Of a stretch of 36,429 nucleotides of DNA, positions 1 to 8,569 are shown one piece after another. The stretch covers positions 1 to 36,429 of the IMG/VR virus record IMGVR_UViG_3300033475_000099. The stretch is one strand, 5' to 3'. This stretch comes from a virus (Duplodnaviria; Caudoviricetes). The translations under genes and the position numbers were made by a program. Each line of letters starts with the position of its first letter. Within the stretch, counting starts at the first letter, position 1. Under the pieces are notes generated by a model. That model was not told where the DNA came from and ran no database searches. It was given only the letters and a program-made list of their open reading frames with translations.

Positions 1-20
1 TAGTAAGGTAGGTGTAGTAG

Positions 21-122
21 ATATTTAGTTATCAAGAATCGTAAATAAATATTAATTTATTTTTATTTAGTTTTTTATTTTGTTATTAATTATATTTTAA
101 TATGACATCAAGATCTTTTAAA
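21..122. other. Extremely AT-rich tract (possible genome-end region or DNA-unwinding element)
   Basis: Nearly pure A/T runs (aaataaatattaatttatttttatttagttttttattttgttattaattatattttaa) in an otherwise GC-rich genome; no ORF. Confidence 0.6.
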
Positions 123-181
123 GGCCCCTACCTACGACTTTCAATCACACTGCATGTGTTACATAATCCAACGACGACAGT

Positions 182-225
182 GACAACAAGCAACCTTGTC
201 GACGACAACAGACAACCCTGTCGAC
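182..225 (+). repeat. Tandem 22-bp imperfect direct repeat
   Basis: GACAACAAGCAACCTTGTCGAC (182-203) followed by GACAACAGACAACCCTGTCGAC (204-225), 19/22 identical; a degenerate third copy lies at about 230-250. Confidence 0.7.
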
Positions 226-311
226 CGGCGGCCAAGGCAACCCCGAAGACCTAGACCGTGTGTGACTATCCGTTACCTACCACGCAGCACCACGCGATAT
301 GGTGGTCTCTT

Positions 312-434
312 GTTCTCCTGAGAATCGTTCTCAGCTGTTCTAAATGATCGTTCTAAACCCCTACCCTAACACACCAAGGGAGCTAGGACATCCTGTTAGG
401 GTTGTTTAGAACTTCGTCTAGAGCTTGTTCTAAA
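312..434. repeat. GTTCTAAA iteron-like array, copy 1
   Basis: GTTCTnnn at 312, 327, 337, 350; CTAACACA at 366; inverted copies TTTAGAAC at 405 and TCTAGAGC at 417; GTTCTAAA at 427. Confidence 0.85.
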
Positions 435-485
435 TGATGCGCTGCTCGAGCTGAAATCCATGGGTTACGACGTGTTAGACATAGC

Positions 486-515
486 TTGCTTTTAGAAAAC
501 GACACCAGATATAAT
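486..515 (+). promoter_or_regulatory. sigmaA/HrdB-like promoter of the packaging/structural operon
   Basis: TTGCTT(486-491)-N18-TATAAT(510-515), then RBS AAGGAGG (524-530) and ATG at 541. Confidence 0.75.
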
Positions 516-540
516 AAGGTCAGAAGGAGGTGGCCGTTAA

Positions 541-870
541 ATGGCTGATGACTTCAACCTAGACCCGGAGGCTCTGGCGGCCTTTAACCTCGAAGCCAAC
601 CTGTTCCCGAACGAAACCGAAGAGGTCACCGCAAGGCGACTGATGCGGGAAAACCTGGTTCGGGTAACTCAACGTATCATCGACATCGCGGTCAACTCTA
701 CGTCGGACCGGACTTCGCTCGACGCGTCGAAGTACGTCATGGAGCGAGTGCTGGGCAAGGTCGGCGAGGATGCGTCGCTGGCGTCTGACAACAAGCTCTC
801 TGCATTTGTCAATGAACTGGAGAGCGAGCTGAAGACCGCTACCGAAGGCAGGGACCCGAACAAGGACTAA
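541..870 (+). CDS. Putative terminase small subunit
   Basis: Strong RBS; 109-aa helical protein (..DASKYVMERVLGK..) just upstream of the large terminase; assignment by synteny. Confidence 0.55.
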   Translation: MADDFNLDPEALAAFNLEANLFPNETEEVTARRLMRENLVRVTQRIIDIAVNSTSDRTSLDASKYVMERVLGKVGEDASLASDNKLSAFVNELESELKTATEGRDPNKD

Positions 871-872
871 GC

Positions 873-910
873 GGCCGTGTGGTTCTTTTAGTCGTTCTGA
901 GGAAGGGGTT
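873..910 (+). promoter_or_regulatory. Conserved intergenic element, copy 1 (GGCCGTGTGGTTC motif/hairpin)
   Basis: GGCCGTGTGGTTC TTTT AGTCGTTC TGAGGAAGGGG; the same 13-mer occurs at 8425 and 15393. Confidence 0.6.
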
Positions 911-915
911 GGACG

Positions 916-1143
916 ATGGCACGCAGGAAGGGTGGCGCGCGGAAGGCGGGCGCCATGAAGAGGGGCGCGGCGCCGATGCCGGCCGGAAAGATGGGCCGCG
1001 GAGTCGGTGGCAAGCAGCGCGCCAAGAGCGTGGCGCCGGCGAAGGCCGGGGCGCGCCAGGGCGGGTACAACTCCATGAAGAGCTCCGGAGCGAGTGGGGG
1101 TGCGCCGAAGGGCGTCGCTCGCCGCGGGCGCCGGACCCGCTAG
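916..1143 (+). CDS. Small highly basic (R/K/G/A-rich) protein, possibly DNA-binding/condensing
   Basis: RBS GAGGAAGGGG; 75 aa, 21 R+K, no D/E; fills the gap between the terminase genes. Confidence 0.7.
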   Translation: MARRKGGARKAGAMKRGAAPMPAGKMGRGVGGKQRAKSVAPAKAGARQGGYNSMKSSGASGGAPKGVARRGRRTR

Positions 1144-1146
1144 CTC

Positions 1147-2643
1147 ATGCCGGGGAACGCGAAGCGCACGTTCTTCGAGAAGATTGGATACACGCCACAT
1201 CCACAGCAGTGGCTGTACCATGACTCGAAGGCGCGCTTTCGCGTTCCCGTTTGTGGGAGGCGGTTCGGCAAGAGCACGATGGCCGGGCGTGACCTGGAGC
1301 CGTCGTTGTTCCTGCACAACAAGCGCTTCTGGATCGTGGGTCCGACGTACGACCTGGCGGAGAAGGAGTTCCGAGTTGTATGGGACGACCTGATCGTTGG
1401 GCAGGCGTTCGGCCGTGAGAAGCGTGTGAAGAAGGCGTACAACAAGAAGCAAGGCGACATGTACATTCAGTTCCCGTGGGGGACTCGGCTGGAAGTCCGC
1501 TCTGCTGACCACCCGGAGTTCTTGGTTGGTGAAGCTCTAGACGGCGCGGTCATGAGTGAGGCGGCCAAGCAGAAGAAGGAGACGTGGGAAAGGTTCATCC
1601 GACCCTCGCTGGCTGACAAGAGGGGCTGGGCGACCTTTCCCACGACTCCTGAAGGGCAGAACTGGCTCTACGACGTCTGGCTGCTGGGACAGAATCCCGA
1701 CAAGCCGCTGTACGAGAGCTGGAGATTCCCGTCATGGGCCAATACGGCAGTGTATCCCGATGGTCGAGAAGATGCCGAAATCATCGACCTGAAGGACAAC
1801 ACCACCGAGGAATGGTTCGAGCAGGAGATCGGTGCCGACTTCACATCGTTCGTCGGTAAGATCTTCCCGGAGTTTGACGAGACGCGGCACGTCAAGAAGC
1901 ACGTCTTCAATCCAGAGTGGAAGAACTACATCGCCTTTGACTGGGGCTACACGAACCCGCTAGCGGCGGTCGAGTTCCAGGTTGACCCGTGGGACCGCAT
2001 CTGGGTCTGGCGGGAGCATTACAAGTCGTTCACGCTGTTGGAAGAGCATATTCGGATCCTCAAGGACCGCCCGCAGCCGGAAGGCTACAGGTTGGACGGG
2101 GCGTTCGGTGATGCAGCTGACCCTGAGGCGGCTGCCTATGTGTCGCAGCACCTGGTGGCCTGTCTTGCCGACACGGAAGCTAAGGCCAACTGGCGTGACG
2201 GCATCGACTTGATGCGGTCGTTCATGCGCGATCGACCGAACCCTGGTGGCCTGCTCATCATTGACGAGTATGGAACACCGGCTGAAGAGCAGCCAGGGTT
2301 CTACGTCGACCACTCATGTAGGCACACGATCAAGGAGATCAACAACTACCGGTCCAAGGAGCCTGTGAAGGGGCAGAACGTTCCCGAGTTCGGCCACAAG
2401 GTTCAGGATCACACGATCGACGCTCTTCGGTACGCACTGATGCACCTGTACAAGCTTGGCGTGCAGCACCACTTGAACGAGGTGTACAGGCCAGACTGGG
2501 CAGGACGTACGGTGATTCCAGGATCTGTCATTACGGAAGACCCGCCGGCACTAGTGGCAGGACGTCCGAGCCCCACGCCTCAGTCAGACCTGGTGCTGAC
2601 ACCTGGGGCTGGTGGGTACTTTACACGGTCAAAGGAGTTCTAA
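1147..2643 (+). CDS. terL: Terminase large subunit
   Basis: Walker A CGRRFGKST, Walker B-like AVMSEAA, coupling motif TTP, RNase H-like nuclease motifs AFDWG and DHTIDALRY. Confidence 0.95.
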   Translation: MPGNAKRTFFEKIGYTPHPQQWLYHDSKARFRVPVCGRRFGKSTMAGRDLEPSLFLHNKRFWIVGPTYDLAEKEFRVVWDDLIVGQAFGREKRVKKAYNKKQGDMYIQFPWGTRLEVRSADHPEFLVGEALDGAVMSEAAKQKKETWERFIRPSLADKRGWATFPTTPEGQNWLYDVWLLGQNPDKPLYESWRFPSWANTAVYPDGREDAEIIDLKDNTTEEWFEQEIGADFTSFVGKIFPEFDETRHVKKHVFNPEWKNYIAFDWGYTNPLAAVEFQVDPWDRIWVWREHYKSFTLLEEHIRILKDRPQPEGYRLDGAFGDAADPEAAAYVSQHLVACLADTEAKANWRDGIDLMRSFMRDRPNPGGLLIIDEYGTPAEEQPGFYVDHSCRHTIKEINNYRSKEPVKGQNVPEFGHKVQDHTIDALRYALMHLYKLGVQHHLNEVYRPDWAGRTVIPGSVITEDPPALVAGRPSPTPQSDLVLTPGAGGYFTRSKEF

Positions 2644-4202
2644 TGACGGTACTGGAGGAGGCTCCGCAGGTCCCGCTTCAGGACATCGTCGACAACTACG
2701 ACATCGTCGGCGCTCACAACGAGTACCTTGTCGTCACCCCGAAGCAGCTGGCCGCGATTCCTACGTCGCAGGTGGACCTCCGAGAGATCGGCACCTCTGC
2801 TCCGTCGCCGTTCACCTCGTGGGTGCGGCAGGAGTACAACTTTGACCTGCTTGGCCTCGACGGACTTCGCATCTATGACAAGATGCGGCGCAACGACGGC
2901 ACGGTCAAGGGCACCCTGCGACTGGTCAAGACTCCGATCCTCGCGGCGAACTACTTCATGGAGCCGGCCTCGGACTCCGCGAAGGACAAGAACATCGCCA
3001 ACTTTGTCTGGAAGAACCTGACGGACTGGATGAGTCTTTCCTGGTCCCAGTTCCTGATCGAGTCGATGCTCTCGCTGGACTTCGGCTACTACTTCTTCGA
3101 GAAGGTCTTCGACTTTGGTGAGAACGTGACCGAGGACCCACTTGCCAAGGGCAAGATCGTCTGGAAGAAGTTCGCGCCCAGGCACCCGATGGACGTGAAG
3201 GAATGGTTCTTCGATGACAATGGAGGCCCTGCGGCGGCTGCGTTCTGGCCTCAGAACGAGTTCGCGACGTCGATCGTCGGCGGAACGATTCCAGGACTTG
3301 GCCCGCAGATCGATGATGTCATCATCCCCATCGACAAGCTCCTGGTCTTCAGCAACGACAAGGAAGCGGGCAACATCGAGGGGATCTCGATCCTTCGATC
3401 CGCCTACAAGCACTGGTACTACAAGGACAACCTCTACAAGATCGACGCGATCCAGAAGGAGCGACACGGGATCGGCATCCCAGTCATCAAGCTCCCTCCC
3501 AACTTCACCAACGAGGATCGCATCCTCGCTGACGAGCTTGGTCGTAACCTGCGAACCAATGAGCGTGCACATGTTGTCCTTCCGCCGAACTGGGAGCTCG
3601 AGTTTGCCCAGATCGCAGGGCAGCCGGTAAACTGCATCGAGTCGATCGAGCACCACGACAAGCAGATCCGGCAGAACATCCTGGCCGAGTTCATCGGTAC
3701 CGGCGGCACGACCAAGGAAGAGGACCAGGCGCTGTTCCTGAAGGGGACGCGGTTCATCGCTTCGCAGTTCCTGGACACGATGAACTTGCACGCCATCCCG
3801 CAGCTGGTTCGTTTCAACTGGGCCAACGTGGGCAGCGGGTTCCCGAAGCTCAAGGCACGTCGGATTGGCGAGCAGGCGGATTGGCGGACGCTCAGCTTTG
3901 CGGTCCGTAACTACATCGGCGCCAACGTCATCCGGCCCGACGACGAGCTGGAGAAGGCGATCCGCGACGAGATGGGTCTGCCTCCGATCGACGAAGAGAC
4001 GACCAGGCTCCCACCGACGCCTCAGGGTGGCACGACACCCGAGGGCAATCCGCAGCCACTACCCAAGGGACCGAAGCCTCCGGGCAACGACCCCAACGCG
4101 CCTGACCAGCCTGCCCCGCCGAAGGTGGGACCGCCGCGCCAGGCACCGCCATCAGCTCGACCGCCTAAGGGCAACGCAGGACGGGACAGTAGCGGCAAAT
4201 GA
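2643..4202 (+). CDS. Portal protein (Mu gp29/DUF935-like) with Pro-rich C-terminal tail
   Basis: Follows TerL (TAATG coupling); GISILRSAYKHWYYK..ERHGIGIP motif typical of DUF935 portals. Confidence 0.9.
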   Translation: MTVLEEAPQVPLQDIVDNYDIVGAHNEYLVVTPKQLAAIPTSQVDLREIGTSAPSPFTSWVRQEYNFDLLGLDGLRIYDKMRRNDGTVKGTLRLVKTPILAANYFMEPASDSAKDKNIANFVWKNLTDWMSLSWSQFLIESMLSLDFGYYFFEKVFDFGENVTEDPLAKGKIVWKKFAPRHPMDVKEWFFDDNGGPAAAAFWPQNEFATSIVGGTIPGLGPQIDDVIIPIDKLLVFSNDKEAGNIEGISILRSAYKHWYYKDNLYKIDAIQKERHGIGIPVIKLPPNFTNEDRILADELGRNLRTNERAHVVLPPNWELEFAQIAGQPVNCIESIEHHDKQIRQNILAEFIGTGGTTKEEDQALFLKGTRFIASQFLDTMNLHAIPQLVRFNWANVGSGFPKLKARRIGEQADWRTLSFAVRNYIGANVIRPDDELEKAIRDEMGLPPIDEETTRLPPTPQGGTTPEGNPQPLPKGPKPPGNDPNAPDQPAPPKVGPPRQAPPSARPPKGNAGRDSSGK

Positions 4203-4393
4203 CACCCGAACAGATCATAGCGCAGGTCGTCAACAACGGGCTCGACGCCAACACCATCATTGGCTGGGCTGTCGATCCCTACACAGGTGGTCTCCAGCTC
4301 CGGTGCAACGTCGACCCGCCAGTCACCTACACCGTTATCCCTGTCACGGTGGTAAACGGTACCGACAGTAACAACAACCTCGTGGAGGGGTAG
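4199..4393 (+). CDS. Hypothetical small protein (64 aa)
   Basis: ATGA overlap with portal stop; abuts the next gene. Confidence 0.65.
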   Translation: MTPEQIIAQVVNNGLDANTIIGWAVDPYTGGLQLRCNVDPPVTYTVIPVTVVNGTDSNNNLVEG

Positions 4394-4879
4394 ATGTCCG
4401 ACTTCGTCTTCAACATCGCCAAGGGGAGCGTGGCGGGGTACTACGATCGAGTCAAGTCGAACGTGGTCTCGACCTCCGCGCTCGTTATCGTCGCCATCAA
4501 GACGACCGGCATCGAGGCCGACTCGGTGCTCCAGGACTACGACGACCTCGCCACGCTGCTCGCGGCGGCCAACGACGAGGCCACGAACGTCGGCTACGCG
4601 CGGAAGGTGCTCGACGACACCGCGATCACCGCCACGCTCGCGTCCTCCGTGGACGACACGAACAACTGGGTGCTGCTGAAGCTCCCCGACCAGACCTGGA
4701 CCGGAGTCGCGGCCACCGGCGGTGCCTGGTCGAAGCTGCTCGTGTGCTACGACAACGACACCGGCGCCGGTACGGACTCCAACATCATCCCGCTGACCGG
4801 CCACGACTTCGTCGTCACCCCGGACGGCTCCGACATCGTCGCCCAGATCGCGACGAACGGATTCTTCAAGGCCGCCTGA
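4394..4879 (+). CDS. Virion structural protein, probable high-copy fibre subunit
   Basis: RBS GGAGG; beta-rich 161 aa with NE..GYAR..L / D.TW / DF...DG.D pattern seen in phage fibre-type proteins; codons almost all G/C-ending, like the capsid gene. Confidence 0.7.
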   Translation: MSDFVFNIAKGSVAGYYDRVKSNVVSTSALVIVAIKTTGIEADSVLQDYDDLATLLAAANDEATNVGYARKVLDDTAITATLASSVDDTNNWVLLKLPDQTWTGVAATGGAWSKLLVCYDNDTGAGTDSNIIPLTGHDFVVTPDGSDIVAQIATNGFFKAA

Positions 4880-5376
4880 TGGGGAACCTCTACAAGGTCT
4901 TTGGTGGTCCTGCGCCTACGACAGCGGCGCAGGCCACCATTGCGACTGGGACGGCAATCAAGACGCTCATCCAGGTCTTGAACGCTACTAGGACTCTGCG
5001 TGTCGTTGAGTGGGGGATCTCATTCGATGGCACCAATGCCTCGAACACCCCCATCAAGTGCGAGCTGCTGCAGACCGACGTAGCAGCCACAGTCACCGCG
5101 TACGGTGCCGGCGACGTTGTCAAGTACTCGAACCCCAGCGAAGACGCGTCGACTGCAACACTCAGCACTGCCGCTTCCGGCTACAACGCATCGGCGGAAG
5201 GGACCATCACCGCCACGCGAGTGGGCGATGCACAGCTTGTCAATCCGACCACCGGCTACGACATGCAGTTCCCCCTCGGCAGGGAGTTCCTGGTGGTCGC
5301 CAACAAGTACCTCCGCATTCGCGTTACCGCCGGCGCGTCGGTCAACGCCTACCCGTACATCGTTTGGGAAGAATGA
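4879..5376 (+). CDS. Virion protein (165 aa; start revised to MGNLYK at 4879)
   Basis: TGATG coupling to the upstream gene; beta-rich, Thr/Ala-rich. Confidence 0.75.
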   Translation: MGNLYKVFGGPAPTTAAQATIATGTAIKTLIQVLNATRTLRVVEWGISFDGTNASNTPIKCELLQTDVAATVTAYGAGDVVKYSNPSEDASTATLSTAASGYNASAEGTITATRVGDAQLVNPTTGYDMQFPLGREFLVVANKYLRIRVTAGASVNAYPYIVWEE

Positions 5377-6107
5377 CCCGCACCCTAGTAGGGACGAACA
5401 CGGTTATCACGAACTCGACCACAGGGTCCGTGACGCCGACTGTTGCTATCCCTGCAGGACGCATGCTGGTGGGGGCGATCGTTTGGGAGAACAGCGTTGC
5501 TGCACTCCCTACGGTCACTTCCGTTGCCGACAGCAAGGGCAACTCGTACTACCAAAACTTCATCGCCGGTGCGGGTAACGGTAACAATACCTTCGCCCTA
5601 GGCATCTTCTCCACAGACGTGCCCCTCACTACGGCGTTGACCACAAGCGACACCATCACAGTCACATTGTCGGTCTCCCGAAGTCGCTGGGCTCTGCAGT
5701 GGGATGCCTTCGACGATCTCCTGTTCGTCCCCGCACCTCCTGACCAAGTCGCCGTCAATGACAACTCTAGCAATCTGGCATCGGGCACGCCCAACTCGGG
5801 CACCACGAGTGATTTGGCCCAGAACTACAACCTAGCGTACGGTGCCTTGGGCTTCGGTGTAGGACGTACAATCACGATCTCCCCTCCGTGGATCGGTGGT
5901 CCATCAGTCGAGACTGCTGCAGCTTCCACCAACCGTGCCCTCCAAGTCATCTGGCAGTACACGGGAGCAACCACTCCTCTACAGGCACAGGTGGGTATCA
6001 CCTCCACCAGTGTGTACGTGGGAGCGCTGGCAACGTTTCCTGCACAGGCGAACTTTCCTCGGATCAGACAGTACAACCAGGCAGTGAATAGAGCCTCGAC
6101 CTACTAG
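5373..6107 (+). CDS. Virion protein, possible fibre tip/adhesin (244 aa; start revised to MTRTLV at 5373)
   Basis: ATGA overlap; Thr/Ser-rich beta protein with VTSVADSKGNSY motif and internally duplicated halves. Confidence 0.7.
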   Translation: MTRTLVGTNTVITNSTTGSVTPTVAIPAGRMLVGAIVWENSVAALPTVTSVADSKGNSYYQNFIAGAGNGNNTFALGIFSTDVPLTTALTTSDTITVTLSVSRSRWALQWDAFDDLLFVPAPPDQVAVNDNSSNLASGTPNSGTTSDLAQNYNLAYGALGFGVGRTITISPPWIGGPSVETAAASTNRALQVIWQYTGATTPLQAQVGITSTSVYVGALATFPAQANFPRIRQYNQAVNRASTY

Positions 6108-6115
6108 GAGGGATT

Positions 6116-7915
6116 ATGGCACGTCTTGGTCGTAGCTATCCTTCCAGGGTACGGCGCATCAAGCCTGACGGTACGGCACAGACGACGCACACACTCGGCG
6201 TCAACTTTGCCACTGAGTCTGACATCGCTTGGCCGATCCAGCCACTGAAGAGCAAGGCAATCGGCGTTGTCACGTCGACGGAAACGTCGATCACTCTGGG
6301 GCGCGTCAAGCTTAGGGCGCTAGGCTTTGTCACTGAAACAGACACAGCCATCACTGTTCGCCCTGGCCGCGCTTACCGTGCACAGACGATCACCGAGACC
6401 GACACCGCCGTTACGCTAGGTAGGACGAAGCGTAAGGCACTGGGCGTAGCCACCGAGACGGACTCGGCAGTAACGACTAAGCCTGCGAGAAGGTATGCAG
6501 TACATGTAGCTGTCGAGACGGACTCCAGTGTTGCCATCGGGCACTACTGGCGACGGACTCTGGGCACCTCTACGGAGACGGACTCCGCAGTCTCCACACG
6601 GCCCGCCCATTCGCACGCACTTGGTGTCCCCACGGAGACTGACTCTGGCGTTGCGGACAAGCCTGCGCGTGCGTACCCACTCGACGGCAGTGTTGAGGCC
6701 GATCAGGGCCTCCATCTCATGGCTGCCAAGGGCAAGGCTCTGGGTGTTGCCACTGAGACGGACACCGGCGTCGCACTTGCCAAGCGCAAGATCAAGGTGC
6801 TCGGTGTCTCTGTAGAGACAGACTCGGCACTCACGCTTCGATTCCTGCACCCTGCGCCTGAGACTGACTCCGCAGTACATCTTACGGTCCGAAAGAGACT
6901 TGCTGTCGGGGTCGCCTCCGAGACTGATACAGCTGTCACCGCTACCGTTCGCAAGATCGTCTCCCGCGTACTCGGCGTGGCAACGGAGACAGACTCGGCT
7001 AACCACTTCACCATCACCAAGAAGCGGACTCTGGGCGTAGGCCTTGAGACTGACTCCCTCATTACCCTAGGCCGCCAGAAGCTGAAGGGGATCAGCGTTG
7101 CTGGTGAAACAGACTCCACAGTCGCACGCACGGCACAGAAGCGCCGCACGATCAACTGGACGTTCGAACCTGACCTTGCCATCGCGCTACACTGCTTCAA
7201 GGGTCATACGCTGGGGACTCCGGCGGAGACTGACTCGGCGGTCACGCTAGGCAAGTACCGCAGCCACGCACTGGGTGTCGCATCCGAAACGGATTCGCTG
7301 ATCGCCCTAGGCAAGCGTAAGATCAAGGTCCTGGGCGTTGTGGCTGAAGCTGACACAGGTATCGCATTCCTACGTCGGAAGACAAGGGCACTCGGCACCG
7401 CTGTTGAGGCCTCAAGCACTGTGTCTATAAAGGGCGCCCATGCTAAGTCTTTGGGTACCGCGTTCGAGCCTGACTTGGCTATCACCATCAGAGGGACGAA
7501 GGCGCACAGGCTAGGTGTCCCTGCTGAGACTGACAGTGCCATCACCTTTGGCCATCCTCACGTTCGGACGCTAGGCGTTGCAGGGGAAGTCAACACGCCA
7601 ATAAGCTTCGGCAAGGTGAAGCGTAAGGCGCTGAACGTTGTCGTTGAGGCCTCAAGCGCAATCGGTATCGGGCGTATCAAGAAACGTTCTATAACAGTTG
7701 CAAATGAGGCCTCAACTGCAATTGGGATGCGTGCGGTACGTAAGCGTCCGATTCATTTGGCGAACGAGTTCGACACTGCGCGAATCATTCTTCCTCCAGG
7801 CCTGCCGCCCACAATGCCGGGAAGTACATCAACCACACGGCCCGACGTCACCGAGGGCTATGGCTACACGACCACCAAGCGAGTCGAGCTCGCCACGTCT
7901 ACGGAGACGGTATGA
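6116..7915 (+). CDS. Repeat protein with about 27 x 20-aa repeats (K/R-x-LGV-x-x-ETD-S/T-A-h)
   Basis: RBS AGGAGGG; 27 E-x-D/S cores counted in the translation at ~20-aa periodicity. Confidence 0.85.
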   Translation: MARLGRSYPSRVRRIKPDGTAQTTHTLGVNFATESDIAWPIQPLKSKAIGVVTSTETSITLGRVKLRALGFVTETDTAITVRPGRAYRAQTITETDTAVTLGRTKRKALGVATETDSAVTTKPARRYAVHVAVETDSSVAIGHYWRRTLGTSTETDSAVSTRPAHSHALGVPTETDSGVADKPARAYPLDGSVEADQGLHLMAAKGKALGVATETDTGVALAKRKIKVLGVSVETDSALTLRFLHPAPETDSAVHLTVRKRLAVGVASETDTAVTATVRKIVSRVLGVATETDSANHFTITKKRTLGVGLETDSLITLGRQKLKGISVAGETDSTVARTAQKRRTINWTFEPDLAIALHCFKGHTLGTPAETDSAVTLGKYRSHALGVASETDSLIALGKRKIKVLGVVAEADTGIAFLRRKTRALGTAVEASSTVSIKGAHAKSLGTAFEPDLAITIRGTKAHRLGVPAETDSAITFGHPHVRTLGVAGEVNTPISFGKVKRKALNVVVEASSAIGIGRIKKRSITVANEASTAIGMRAVRKRPIHLANEFDTARIILPPGLPPTMPGSTSTTRPDVTEGYGYTTTKRVELATSTETV

Positions 7916-8244
7916 CTGACTACTGGTTCAAGCAGGGTGACACCGCTCCCGCGATCGTTGCTGTTCTGCTCGATGGCGACGGCGATCCTGTGTCGCTCGT
8001 CGGAGCTACCGTTCGATTTCACATGATGGACCAAGACGAGAACGTTGTCATCACTGCCAACGCGACCGTCGATCCAGACCAGATCAACAACAAGGGACAG
8101 GTATCATATAGCTGGCAGTCCACAGATCTCGCCGACGCAGGCGTCTTCTTGGCAGAATGGGAGGTCACGTTCCTGAACGCCACAAAGGAAACGTTCCCCA
8201 ACAACGGCTACGATGTAGTCCGAATCTCTAAGGAGATAGCATGA
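7912..8244 (+). CDS. BppU N-terminal-like Ig-fold adaptor protein
   Basis: KQGDT.P...L.D..G.PV.L.GATVRF.M ... G.V.Y.W...D....G...AEWEVTF..ETFP pattern. Confidence 0.7.
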   Translation: MTDYWFKQGDTAPAIVAVLLDGDGDPVSLVGATVRFHMMDQDENVVITANATVDPDQINNKGQVSYSWQSTDLADAGVFLAEWEVTFLNATKETFPNNGYDVVRISKEIA

Positions 8245-8411
8245 CCTGGCAATTCGTTCTCTTCCTGCTCTCGGTGGTCTGTCTGGCCATCTCGATCCTC
8301 GTCGTCCCGTTCCCGCCACGCCCAGAGGGCATGGTGGCGCGCGTGCCGTGGTTCAACCTTGGCGTGTTCTTCTTCGTCCTGGTGTTCTGCCTGGAGGCGG
8401 CACCTAAGTGA
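8241..8411 (+). CDS. Small two-TM membrane protein (56 aa, not in ORF track)
   Basis: RBS AAGGAG, ATGA overlap; MTWQFVLFLLSVVCLAISILVVPFPPRPEGMVARVPWFNLGVFFFVLVFCLEAAPK. Confidence 0.7.
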   Translation: MTWQFVLFLLSVVCLAISILVVPFPPRPEGMVARVPWFNLGVFFFVLVFCLEAAPK

Positions 8412-8424
8412 CATCGGATAGAGG

Positions 8425-8462
8425 GGCCGTGTGGTTCCTCGAGTCATCCGGGGACGCGGTTT
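8425..8462 (+). promoter_or_regulatory. Conserved intergenic element, copy 2
   Basis: GGCCGTGTGGTTC CTCG AGTCATCC GGGGACGCGGTTT; can fold as a bulged hairpin. Confidence 0.6.
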
Positions 8463-8517
8463 TGCCGGGGTGAATTCGTCACATCGGCATTAACGTGTAA
8501 CTATTATATCCGAATCC

Positions 8518-8548
8518 GTTGCCTTCCAGTAAGGCAACCCTATATAAT
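8518..8548 (+). promoter_or_regulatory. sigmaA/HrdB-like promoter for capsid genes with overlapping inverted repeat
   Basis: TTGCCT(8519-8524)-N18-TATAAT(8543-8548); perfect IR GTTGCCTT-ccagt-AAGGCAAC (8518-8538). Confidence 0.75.
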
Positions 8549-8569
8549 GAGACTAGCAAGGGAGGTGCA

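Noticed and set aside
7831-7842. 12/13 match to the GGCCGTGTGGTTC element on the minus strand
   Set aside because: It lies inside a CDS, is antisense, and lacks the downstream ARYCRTYC block and hairpin. It is treated as chance unless the element proves to be an orientation-independent DNA site.
6116-7915. Recurrent gagac(t/g)gactc motifs at ~60-bp period resembling a CRISPR array
   Set aside because: The repeats are degenerate at third codon positions and encode the ETD peptide repeat; there are no identical direct repeats and no cas genes.
8519-8569. TTG start and N-terminal extension of the protease ORF
   Set aside because: This is the promoter (-35/-10) and RBS region; ATG 8570 is the supported start.
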